Shown here piece by piece: positions 52,170-64,000 of a DNA stretch of 64,000 bases. Origin of the DNA: Auanema rhodensis (lineage: Eukaryota; Animalia; Nematoda); contig OZ059895.1 in NCBI GenBank assembly GCA_964057225.1, positions 21,576,001-21,640,000 of the forward strand. Reading direction: 5' to 3'. The notes below the pieces were generated by a model, which worked only from the letters and a program-made list of their open reading frames with translations, made no database searches and was not told where the DNA came from. Numbering within the stretch: the stretch's first letter is position 1; every line of letters begins with the position of its first letter. A program made the position numbers and the translations under genes.

Positions 52170-55100
52170 GTATTGAGCGTTTCTCAATGTAGTATAGTGC
52201 ATTCGATGCGGATTTTTAAGCTGCGTCGATCTGTGTTATCAGATTTGCGCTAGCTTAAAAATGCACCGAGATATCAACTGATATATGTTCACACTTATAT
52301 CCTCGATTTTCACCCTGAAGAAATTATTTTTTCGTTGAATAACATTGTCCATCGTCTTTGCCTTGAAAAAAGGAATCTAAAAACATCTACTTCTTGCTAA
52401 ATTATTTTGAAATTTTTCGAAAAAATTTTTGTCAAAATGTTTTTGGAAGCAATGTAGAGTGTACATGGAAACTCAACATACACTAATGCATCATTTTTCA
52501 AACGATCATAACTAATTTTTGTATTAAGCGTTTCTCAATGTAGTATAGTGCATTCGATGCGTATTTTTAAGCTGCGTCGATCTGTGTTATCAGATTTGCG
52601 CTAGCTTAAAAATGCACCGAGATATCAACTGATATAAGTTCACACTTATATCCTCGATTTTCACCCTGAAGAAATTATTTTTTCGTTGAATAACATTGTC
52701 CATCGTCTTTGCCTTGAAAAAAGGAATCTAAAAACATCTACTTCTTGCTAAATTATTTTGAAATTTTTCGAAAAAATTTTTGTCAAAATGTTTTTGGAAG
52801 CAATGTTGAGTGTACATGGAAACTCAACATACACTAATGCATCATTTTTCAAACGATCATAACTAATTTTTGTATTGAGCGTTTCTCAATGTAGTATAGT
52901 GCATTCGATGCGGATTTTTAAGCTGCGTCGATCTGTGTTATCAGATTTGCGCTAGCTTAAAAATGCACCGAGATATCAACTGATATAAGTTCACACTTAT
53001 ATCCTGGATTTTCACCCTGAAGAAATTATTTTTTCGTTGAATAACATTGTCCATCGTCTTTGTTTTGAAAAAAGGAATCTAAAAACATCTACTTCTTGCT
53101 AAATTATTTTGAAATTTTTCGAAAAAATTTTTGTCAAAATGTTTTTGGAAGCAATGTTGAGTGTACATGGAAACTCAACATACACTAATGCATCATTTTT
53201 CAAACGATCATAACTAATTTTTGTATTAAGCGTTTCTCAATGTAGTATAGTGCATTCGATGCGGATTTGTAAGCTGCGTCGATCTGTGTTATCAGATTTG
53301 CGCTAGCTTGAAAATGCACCGAGATATCAACTGATATAAGTTCACACTTATATCCTGGATTTTCACCCTGAAGAAATTATTTTTTCGTTGAATAACATTG
53401 TCCATCGTCTTTGCCTTGAAAAAAGGAATCTAAAAACATCTACTTCTTGCTAAATTATTTTGAAATTTTTCGAAAAAATTTTTGTCAAAATGTTTTTGGA
53501 AGCAATGTTGAGTGTACATGGAAACTCAACATACACTAATGCATCATTTTTCAAACGATCATAACTAATTTTTGTATTAAGCGTTTCTCAATGTAGTATA
53601 GTGCATTCGATGCGGATTTTTAAGCTGCGTCGATCTGTGTTATCAGATTTGCGCTAGCTTAAAAATGCACCGAGATATCAACTGATATAAGTTCACACAT
53701 ATATCCTCGATTTTCACCCTGAAGAATTAATTTTTTCGTTGAAAAACATTGTCCATCGTCTTTGCCTTGAAAAAAGGAATCTAAAAACATCTACTTTTTG
53801 CTGAATTATTTTGAAATTTTTCGAAAAAATTTTTGTCAAAATGTTTTTGGAAGCAATATTGAGTGTACATGGAAACTCAACATACACTAATGCATCATTT
53901 TTCAAACGATCATAACTAATTTTTGTATTGAGCGTTTCTCAATGTAGTATAGTGCATTCGATGCGGATTTTTAAGCTGCGTCGATCTGTGTTATCAGATT
54001 TGCGCTAGCTTAAAAATGCACCGAGATATCAACTGATATATGTTCACACTTATATCCTCGATTTTCACCCTGAAGAAATTATTTTTTCGTTGAATAACAT
54101 TGTCCATCGTCTTTGCCTTGAAAAAAGGAATCTAAAAACATCTTCTTTTTGCTAAATTATTTTGAAATTTTTCGAAAAAATTTTTGTCAAAATGTTTTTG
54201 GAAGCAATGTTGAGTGTACATGGAAACTCAACATACACTAATGCATCATTTTTCAAACGATCATAACTAATTTTTGTATTGAGCGTTTCTCAATGTAGTA
54301 TAGTGCATTCGATGCGGATTTTTAAGCTGCGTCGATCTGTGTTATCAGATTTGCTCTAGCTTAAAAATGCACCGAGATATCAACTGATATAAGTTCACAC
54401 TTATATCCTCGATTTTCACCCTGAAGAATTAATTTTTTCGTTGAATAACATTGTCCATCGTCTTTGCCTTGAAAAAAGGAATCTAAAAACATCTACTTCT
54501 TGCTAAATTATTTTGAAATTTTTCGAAAAAATTTTTGTCAAAATGTTTTTGGAAGCAATGTTGAGTGTACATGGAAACTCAACATACACTAATGCATCAT
54601 TTTTCAAACGATCATAACTAATTTTTGTATTAAGCGTTTCTCAATGTAGTATAGTGCATTCGATGCGGATTTTTAAGCTGCGTCGATCTGTGTTATCAGA
54701 TTTGCGCTAGCTTAAAAATGCACCGAGATATCAACTGATATAAGTTCACACTTATATCCTCGATTTTCACCCTGAAGAAATTATTTTTTCGTTGAATAAC
54801 ATTGTCCATCGTCTTTGCCTTGAAAAAAGGAATCTAAAAACATCTACTTCTTGCTAAATTATTTTGAAATTTTTCGAAAAAATTTTTGTCAAAATGTTTT
54901 TGGAAGCAATGTTGAGTGTACATGGAAACTCAACATACACTAATGCATCATTTTTCAAACGATCATAACTAATTTTTGTATTGAGCGTTTCTCAATGTAG
55001 TATAGTGCATTCGATGCGGATTTTTAAGCTGCGTCGATCTGTGTTATCAGATTTGCGCTAGCTTAAAAATGCACCGAGATATCAACTGATATAAGTTCAC

Positions 55101-58100
55101 ACTTATATCCTCGATTTTCACCCTGAAGAAATTATTTTTTCGTTGAATAACATTGTCCATCGTCTTTGCCTTGAAAAAAGGAATCTAAAAACATCTACTT
55201 CTTGCTAAATTATTTTGAAATTTTTCGAAAAACTTTTTGTCAAAATGTTTTTGGAAGCAATGTTGAGTGTACATGGAAACTCAACATACACTAATGCATC
55301 ATTTTTCAAACGATCATAACTAATTTTTGTATTAAGCGTTTCTCAATGTAGTATAGTGCATTCGATGCGGATTTTTAAGCTGCGTCGATCTGTGTTATCA
55401 GATTTGCGCTAGCTTAAAAATGCACCGAGATATCAACTGATATATGTTCACACTTATATCCTCGATTTTCACCCTGAAGAAATTATTTTTTCGTTGAATA
55501 ACATTGTCCATCGTCTTTGCCTTGAAAAAAGGAATCTAAAAACATCTTCTTTTTGCTAAATTATTTTGAAATTTTTCGAAAAAATTTTTGTCAAAATGTT
55601 TTTGGAAGCAATGTTGAGTGTACATGGAAACTCAACATACACTAATGCATCATTTTTCAAACGATCATAACTAATTTTTGTATTGAGCGTTTCTCAATGT
55701 AGTATAGTGCATTCGATGCGGATTTTTAAGCTGCGTCGATCTGTGTTATCAGATTTGCGCTAGCTTAAAAATGCACCGAGATATCAACTGATATATGTTC
55801 ACACTTATATCCTCGATTTTCACCCTGAAGAAATTATTTTTTCGTTGAATAACATTGTCCATCGTCTTTGCCTTGAAAAAAGGAATCTAAAAACATCTAC
55901 TTCTTGCTAAATTATTTTGAAATTTTTCGAAAAAATTTTTGTCAAAATGTTTTTGGAAGCAATGTTGAGTGTACATGGAAACTCAACATACACTAATGCA
56001 TCATTTTTCAAACGATCATAACTAATTTTTGTATTAATCGTTTCTCAATGTAGTATAGTGCATTCGATGCGGATTTTTAAGCTGCGTCGATCTGTGTTAT
56101 CAGATTTGCGCTAGCTTAAAAATGCACCGAGATATCAACTGATATATGTTCACACTTATATCCTCGATTTTCACCCTGAAGAAATTATTTTTTCGTTGAA
56201 TAACATTGTCCATCGTCTTTGCCTTGAAAAAAGGAATCTAAAAACATCTTCTTTTTGCTAAATTATTTTGAAATTTTTCGAAAAAATTTTTGTCAAAATG
56301 TTTTTGGAAGCAATGTTGAGTGTACATGGAAACTCAACATACACTAATGCATCATTTTTCAAACGATCATAACTAATTTTTGTATTGAGCGTTTCTCAAT
56401 GTAGTATAGTGCATTCGATGCGGATTTTTAAGCTGCGTCGATCTGTGTTATCAGATTTGCTCTAGCTTAAAAATGCACCGAGATATCAACTGATATAAGT
56501 TCACACTTATATCCTCGATTTTCACCCTGAAGAATTAATTTTTTCGTTGAATAACATTGTCCATCGTCTTTGCCTTGAAAAAAGGAATCTAAAAACATCT
56601 ACTTCTTGCTAAATTATTTTGAAATTTTTCGAAAAAATTTTTGTCAAAATGTTTTTGGAAGCAATGTTGAGTGTACATGGAAACTCAACATACACTAATG
56701 CATCATTTTTCAAACGATCATAACTAATTTTTGTATTGAGCGTTTCTCAATGTAGTATAGTGCATTCGATGCGGATTTTTAAGCTGCGTCGATCTGTGTT
56801 ATCAGATTTGCGCTAGCTTAAAAATGCACCGAGATATCAACTGATATAAGTTCACACTTATATCCTCGATTTTCACCCTGAAGAAATTATTTTTTCGTTG
56901 AATAACATTGTCCATCGTCTTTGCCTTGAAAAAAGGAATCTAAAAACATCTACTTCTTGCTAAATTATTTTGAAATTTTTCGAAAAAATTTTTGTCAAAA
57001 TGTTTTTGGAAGCAATGTTGAGTGTACATGGAAACTCAACATACACTAATGCATCATTTTTCAAACGATCATAACTAATTTTTGTATTAAGCGTTTCTCA
57101 ATGTAGTATAGTGCATTCGATGCGGATTTTTAAGCTGCGTCGATCTGTGTTATCAGATTTGCGCTAGCTTAAAAATGCACCGAGATATCAACTGATATAT
57201 GTTCACACTTATATCCTCGATTTTCACCCTGAAGAAATTATTTTTTCGTTGAATAACATTGTCCATCGTCTTTGCCTTGAAAAAAGGAATCTAAAAACAT
57301 CTACTTCTTGCTAAATTATTTTGAAATTTTTCGAAAAAATTTTTGTCAAAATGTTTTTGGAAGCAATGTTGAGTGTACATGGAAACTCAACATACACTAA
57401 TGCATCATTTTTCAAACGATCATAACTAATTTTTGTATTAAGCGTTTCTCAATGTAGTATAGTGCATTCGATGCGGATTTTTAAGCTGCGTCGATCTGTG
57501 TTATCAGATTTGCGCTAGCTTAAAAATGCACCGAGATATCAACTGATATAAGTTCACACTTATATCCTCGATTTTCACCCTGAAGAAATTATTTTTTCGT
57601 TGAATAACATTGTCCATCGTCTTTGCCTTGAAAAAAGGAATCTAAAAACATCTACTTCTTGCTAAATTATTTTGAAATTTTTCGAAAAAATTTTTGTCAA
57701 AATGTTTTTGGAAGCAATGTTGAGTGTACATGGAAACTCAACATACACTAATGCATCATTTTTCAAACGATCATAACTAATTTTTGTATTAAGCGTTTCT
57801 CAAAGTAGTATAGTGCATTCGATGCGGATTTTTAAGCTGCGTCGATCTGTGTTATCAGATTTGCGCTAGCTTAAAAATGCACCGAGATATCAACTGATAT
57901 AAGTTCACACTTATATCCTCGATTTTCACCCTGAAGAATTAATTTTTTCGTTGAATAACATTGTCCATCGTCTTTGCCTTGAAAAAAGGAATCTAAAAAC
58001 ATCTACTTCTTGCTAAATTATTTTGAAATTTTTCGAAAAAATTTTTGTCAAAATGTTTTTGGAAGCAATGTTGAGTGTACATGGAAACTCAACATACACT

Positions 58101-61100
58101 AATGCATCATTTTTCAAACGATCATAACTAATTTTTGTATTGAGCGTTTCTCAATGTAGTATAGTGCATTCGATGCGGATTTTTAAGCTGCGTCGATCTG
58201 TGTTATCAGATTTGCGCTAGCTTAAAAATGCACCGAGATATCAACTGATATAAGTTCACACTTATATCCTCGATTTTCACCCTGAAGAAATTATTTTTTC
58301 GTTGAATAACATTGTCCATCGTCTTTACCTTGAAAAAAGGAATCTAAAAACATCTACTTCTTGCTAAATTATTTTGAAATTTTTCGAAAAAATTTTTGTC
58401 AAAATGTTTTTGGAAGCAATGTTGAGTGTACATGGAAACTCAACATACACTAATGCATCATTTTTCAAACGATCATAACTAATTTTTGTATTAAGCGTTT
58501 CTCAATGTAGTATAGTGCATTCGATGCGGATTTTTAAGCTGCGTCGATCTGTGTTATCAGATTTGCGCTAGCTTAAAAATGCACCGAGATATCAACTGAT
58601 ATATGTTCACACTTATATCCTCGATTTTCACCCTGAAGAAATTATTTTTTCGTTGAATAACATTGTCCATCGTCTTTGCCTTGAAAAAAGGAATCTAAAA
58701 ACATCTACTTCTTGCTAAATTATTTTGAAATTTTTCGAAAAAATTTTTGTCAAAATGTTTTTGGAAGCAATGTTGAGTGTACATGGAAACTCAACATACA
58801 CTAATGCATCATTTTTCAAACGATCATAACTAATTTTTGTATTAAGCGTTTCTCAATGTAGTATAGTGCATTCGATGCGGATTTTTAAGCTGCGTCGATC
58901 TGTGTTATCAGATTTGCGCTAGCTTAAAAATGCACCGAGATATCAACTGATATAAGTTCACACTTATATCCTCGATTTTCACCCTGAAGAAATTATTTTT
59001 TCGTTGAATAACATTGTCCATCGTCTTTGCCTTGAAAAAAGGAATCTAAAAACATCTACTTCTTGCTAAATTATTTTGAAATTTTTCGAAAAAATTTTTG
59101 TCAAAATGTTTTTGGAAGCAATGTTGAGTGTACATGGAAACTCAACATACACTAATGCATCATTTTTCAAACGATCATAACTAATTTTTGTATTAAGCGT
59201 TTCTCAAAGTAGTATAGTGCATTCGATGCGGATTTTAAAGCTGCGTCGATCTGTGTTATCAGATTTGCGCTAGCTTAAAAATGCACCGAGATATCAACTG
59301 ATATAAGTTCACACATATATCCTCGATTTTCACCCTGAAGAAATTATTTTTTCGTTGAAAAACATTGTCCATCGTCTTTGCCTTGAAAAAAGGAATCTAA
59401 AAACATCTACTTTTTGCTGAATTATTTTGAAATTTTTCGAAAAAATTTTTGTCAAAATGTTTTTGGAAGCAATATTGAGTGTACATGGAAACTCAACATA
59501 CACTAATGCATCATTTTTCAAACGATCATAACTAATTTTTGTATTGAGCGTTTCTCAATGTAGTATAGTGCATTCGATGCGGATTTTTAAGCTGCGTCGA
59601 TCTGTGTTATCAGATTTGCGCTAGCTTAACAATGCACCGAGATATCAACTGATATATGTTCACACTTATATCCTCGATTTTCACCCTGAAGAAATTATTT
59701 TTTCGTTGAATAACATTGTCCATCGTCTTTGCCTTGAAAAAAGGAATCTAAAAACATCTTCTTTTTGCTAAATTATTCTGAAATTTTTCGAAAAAATTTT
59801 TGTCAAAATGTTTTTGGAAGCAATGTTGAGTGTACATGGAAACTCAACATACACTAATGCATCATTTTTCAAACGATCATAACTAATTTTTGTATTGAGC
59901 GTTTCTCAATGTAGTATAGTGCATTCGATGCGGATTTTTAAGCTGCGTCGATCTGTGTTATCAGATTTGCGCTAGCTTAAAAATGCACCGAGATATCAAC
60001 TGATATATGTTCACACTTATATCCTCGATTTTCACCCTGAAGAAATTATTTTTTCGTTGAATAACATTGTCCATCGTCTTTGCCTTGAAAAAAGGAATCT
60101 AAAAACATCTACTTCTTGCTAAATTATTTTGAAATTTTTCGAAAAAATTTTTGTCAAAATGTTTTTGGAAGCAATGTTGAGTGTACATGGAAACTCAACA
60201 TACACTAATGCATCATTTTTCAAACGATCATAACAAATTTTTGTATTAAGCGTTTCTCAATGTAGTATAGTGCATTCGATGCGGATTTTTAAGCTGCGTC
60301 GATCTGTGTTATCAGATTTGCGCTAGCTTAAAAATGCACCGAGATATCAACTGATATAAGTTCACACTTATATCCTCGATTTTCACCCTGAAGAAATTAT
60401 TTTTTCGTTGAATAACATTGTCCATCGTCTTTGCCTTGAAAAAAGGAATCTAAAAACATCTACTTCTTGCTAAATTATTTTGAAATTTTTCGAAAAAATT
60501 TTTGTCAAAATGTTTTTGGAAGCAATGTTGAGTGTACATGGAAACTCAACATACACTAATGCATCATTTTTCAAACGATCATAACTAATTTTTGTATTGA
60601 GCGTTTCTCAATGTAGTATAGTGCATTCGATGCGGATTTTTAAGCTGCGTCGATCTGTGTTATCAGATTTGCGCTAGCTTAAAAATGCACCGAGATATCA
60701 ACTGATATAAGTTCACACTTATATCCTCGATTTTCACCCTGAAGAAATTATTTTTTCGTTGAATAACATTGTCCATCGTCTTTGCCTTGAAAAAAGGAAT
60801 CTAAAAACATCTACTTCTTGCTAAATTATTTTGAAATTTTTCGAAAAAATTTTTGTCAAAATGTTTTTGGAAGCAATGTTGAGTGTACATGGAAACTCAA
60901 CATACACTAATGCATCATTTTTCAAACGATCATAACTAATTTTTGTATTAAGCGTTTCTCAATGTAGTATAGTGCATTCGATGCGGATTTTTAAGCTGCG
61001 TCGATCTGTGTTATCAGATTTGCGCTAGCTTAAAAATGCACCGAGATATCAACTGATATATGTTCACACTTATATCCTCGATTTTCACCCTGAAGAAATT

Positions 61101-64000
61101 ATTTTTTCGTTGAATAACATTGTCCATCGTCTTTGCCTTGAAAAAAGGAATCTAAAAACATCTTCTTTTTGCTAAATTATTTTGAAATTTTTCGAAAAAA
61201 TTTTTGTCAAAATGTTTTTGGAAGCAATGTTGAGTGTACATGGAAACTCAACATACACTAATGCATCATTTTTCAAACGATCATAACTAATTTTTGTATT
61301 AAGCGTTTCTCAATGTAGTATAGTGCATTCGATGCGGATTTTTAAGCTGCGTCGATCTGTGTTATCAGATTTGCGCTAGCTTAAAAATGCACCGAGATAT
61401 CAACTGATATAAGTTCACACTTATATCCTCGATTTTCACCCTGAAGAAATTATTTTTTCGTTGAATAACATTGTCCATCGTCTTTGCCTTGAAAAAAGGA
61501 ATCTAAAAACATCTACTTCTTGCTAAATTATTTTGAAATTTTTCGAAAAAATTTTTGTCAAAATGTTTTTGGAAGCAATGTTGAGTGTACATGGAAACTC
61601 AACATACACTAATGCATCATTTTTCAAACGATCATAACTAATTTTTGTATTGAGCGTTTCTCAATGTAGTATAGTGCATTCGATGCGGATTTTTAAGCTG
61701 CGTCGATCTGTGTTATCAGATTTGCGCTAGCTTAAAAATGCACCGAGATATCAACTGATATAAGTTCACACTTATATCCTCGATTTTCACCCTGAAGAAA
61801 TTATTTTTTCGTTGAATAACATTGTCCATCGTCTTTGCCTTGAAAAAAGGAATCTAAAAACATCTACTTCTTGCTAAATTATTTTGAAATTTTTCGAAAA
61901 AATTTTTGTCAAAATGTTTTTGGAAGCAATGTTGAGTGTACATGGAAACTCAACATACACTAATGCATCATTTTTCAAACGATCATAACTAATTTTTGTA
62001 TTAAGCGTTTCTCAATGTAGTATAGTGCATTCGATGCGGATTTTTAAGCTGCGTCGATCTGTGTTATCAGATTTGCGCTAGCTTAAAAATGCACCGAGAT
62101 ATCAACTGATATATGTTCACACTTATATCCTCGATTTTCACCCTGAAGAAATTATTTTTTCGTTGAATAACATTGTCCATCGTCTTTGCCTTGAAAAAAG
62201 GAATCTAAAAACATCTTCTTTTTGCTAAATTATTTTGAAATTTTTCGAAAAAATTTTTGTCAAAATGTTTTTGGAAGCAATGTTGAGTGTACATGGAAAC
62301 TCAACATACACTAATGCATCATTTTTCAAACGATCATAACTAATTTTTGTATTGAGCGTTTCTCAATGTAGTATAGTGCATTCGATGCGGATTTTTAAGC
62401 TGCGTCGATCTGTGTTATCAGATTTGCGCTAGCTTAAAAATGCACCGAGATATCAACTGATATATGTTCACACTTATATCCTCGATTTTCACCCTGAAGA
62501 AATTATTTTTTCGTTGAATAACATTGTCCATCGTCTTTGCCTTGAAAAAAGGAATCTAAAAACATCTACTTCTTGCTAAATTATTTTGAAATTTTTCGAA
62601 AAAATTTTTGTCAAAATGTTTTTGGAAGCAATGTTGAGTGTACATGGAAACTCAACATACACTAATGCATCATTTTTCAAACGATCATAACTAATTTTTG
62701 TATTAAGCGTTTCTCAATGTAGTATAGTGCATTCGATGCGGATTTTTAAGCTGCGTCGATCTGTGTTATCAGATTTGCGCTAGCTTAAAAATGCACCGAG
62801 ATATCAACTGATATAAGTTCACACTTATATCCTCGATTTTCACCCTGAAGAAATTATTTTTTCGTTGAATAACATTGTCCATCGTCTTTGCCTTGAAAAA
62901 AGGAATCTAAAAACATCTACTTCTTGCTAAATTATTTTGAAATTTTTCGAAAAAATTTTTGTCAAAATGTTTTTGGAAGCAATGTTGAGTGTACATGGAA
63001 ACTCAACATACACTAATGCATCATTTTTCAAACGATCATAACTAATTTTTGTATTGAGCGTTTCTCAATGTAGTATAGTGCATTCGATGCGGATTTTTAA
63101 GCTGCGTCGATCTGTGTTATCAGATTTGCGCTAGCTTAAAAATGCACCGAGATATCAACTGATATAAGTTCACACTTATATCCTGGATTTTCACCCTGAA
63201 GAAATTATTTTTTCGTTGAATAACATTGTCCATCGTCTTTGCCTTGAAAAAAGGAATCTAAAAACATCTACTTCTTGCTAAATTATTTTGAAATTTTTCG
63301 AAAAAATTTTTGTCAAAATGTTTTTGGAAGCAATGTTGAGTGTACATGGAAACTCAACATACACTAATGCATCATTTTTCAAACGATCATAACTAATTTC
63401 TGTATTGAGCGTTTCTCAATGTAGTATAGTGCATTCGATGCGGATTTTTAAGCTGCGTCGATCTGTGTTATCAGATTTGCGCTAGCTTAAAAATGCACCG
63501 AGATATCAACTGATATATGTTCACACTTATATCCTCGATTTTCACCCTGAAGAAATTATTTTTTCGTTGAATAACATTGTCCATCGTCTTTGCCTTGAAA
63601 AAAGGAATCTAAAAACATCTACTTCTTGCTAAATTATTTTGAAATTTTTCGAAAAAATTTTTGTCAAAATGTTTTTGGAAGCAATGTTGAGTGTACATGG
63701 AAACTCAACATACACTAATGCATCATTTTTCAAACGATCATAACTAATTTTTGTATTAAGCGTTTCTCAATGTAGTATAGTGCATTTGATGCGGATTTTT
63801 AAGCTGCGTCGATCTGTGTTATCAGATTTGCGCTAGCTTAAAAATGCACCGAGATATCAACTGATATAAGTTCACACTTAGATCCTCGATTTTCACCCTG
63901 AAGAATTAATTTTTTCGTTGAATAACAATGTCCATCGTCTTTGCCTTGAAAAAAGAAATCTAAAAACATCTACTTCTTGCTAAATTATTTTGAAATTTTT
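52170..64000 (-). repeat. Distinct 351-bp satellite subfamily (second homogenisation domain)
   Basis: The diagnostic variants gaagaaattatt, cttcttgctaaattattttg, gatatatgtt and gtattgag appear from ~52175-52400 and dominate afterwards. The ttctataaag allele and the 350-bp monomers disappear. Confidence 0.88.

Larger units (their letters stand above)
5976..64000 (-). repeat. Same 350-352-bp satellite in inverted orientation (~165 copies, runs off the window end)
   Basis: The reverse complement of the monomer begins at accgagatatcaactg (5976) and repeats without interruption to 64000. ORF-track spacing of 351 confirms the period. Confidence 0.98.

Noticed and set aside
3075-59521. 40 near-identical 63-aa ORFs (MKN[D/Y]ALVYVEFPC...) as a tandem gene array
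   Set aside because: They start at TTG rather than ATG and occur in only about a fifth of monomers. Most other monomers have TAG at the Tyr codon, and some are also frameshifted. The F/K/I-rich composition simply reflects A/T tracts and no domain is recognisable.
940-64000. CRISPR array or repeat-spacer/cassette system next to a nuclease
   Set aside because: There are no unique spacers, since whole monomers are near-identical. The adjacent nuclease is a retrotransposon RLE, not a Cas protein.

Overview
This is eukaryotic-type repetitive DNA with no host genes. Bases 1-939 are the 3' end of a non-LTR retrotransposon of the restriction-like-endonuclease (RLE) type, most like the R4/Dong clade. 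It shows a CCHC zinc knuckle, the RHN motif, a PD-(D/E)xK nuclease, a stop at 641 and a structured ~300-bp 3' UTR with no poly(A). It abuts directly, mid-monomer, onto an AT-rich satellite of 350-352-bp monomers (~180 copies) that fills 940-64000. The array switches orientation at 5976: ~14.4 monomers on one strand, then ~165 inverted. Rare SNP markers show that 3534-5976 and 6814-9256 are near-perfect mirror copies, a fold-back inverted duplication. The array also contains local higher-order repeats (2-, 7- and 10-mer blocks and longer-spaced duplications), a SNP-rich boundary zone at ~47-52.5 kb and a distinct monomer subfamily from ~52.2 kb. Each monomer carries two perfect 9-bp hairpins half a monomer apart and a ~120-bp concentric dyad module. 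The 40 repeated 63-aa ORFs are judged artefacts of the satellite. All comparisons were made by eye.
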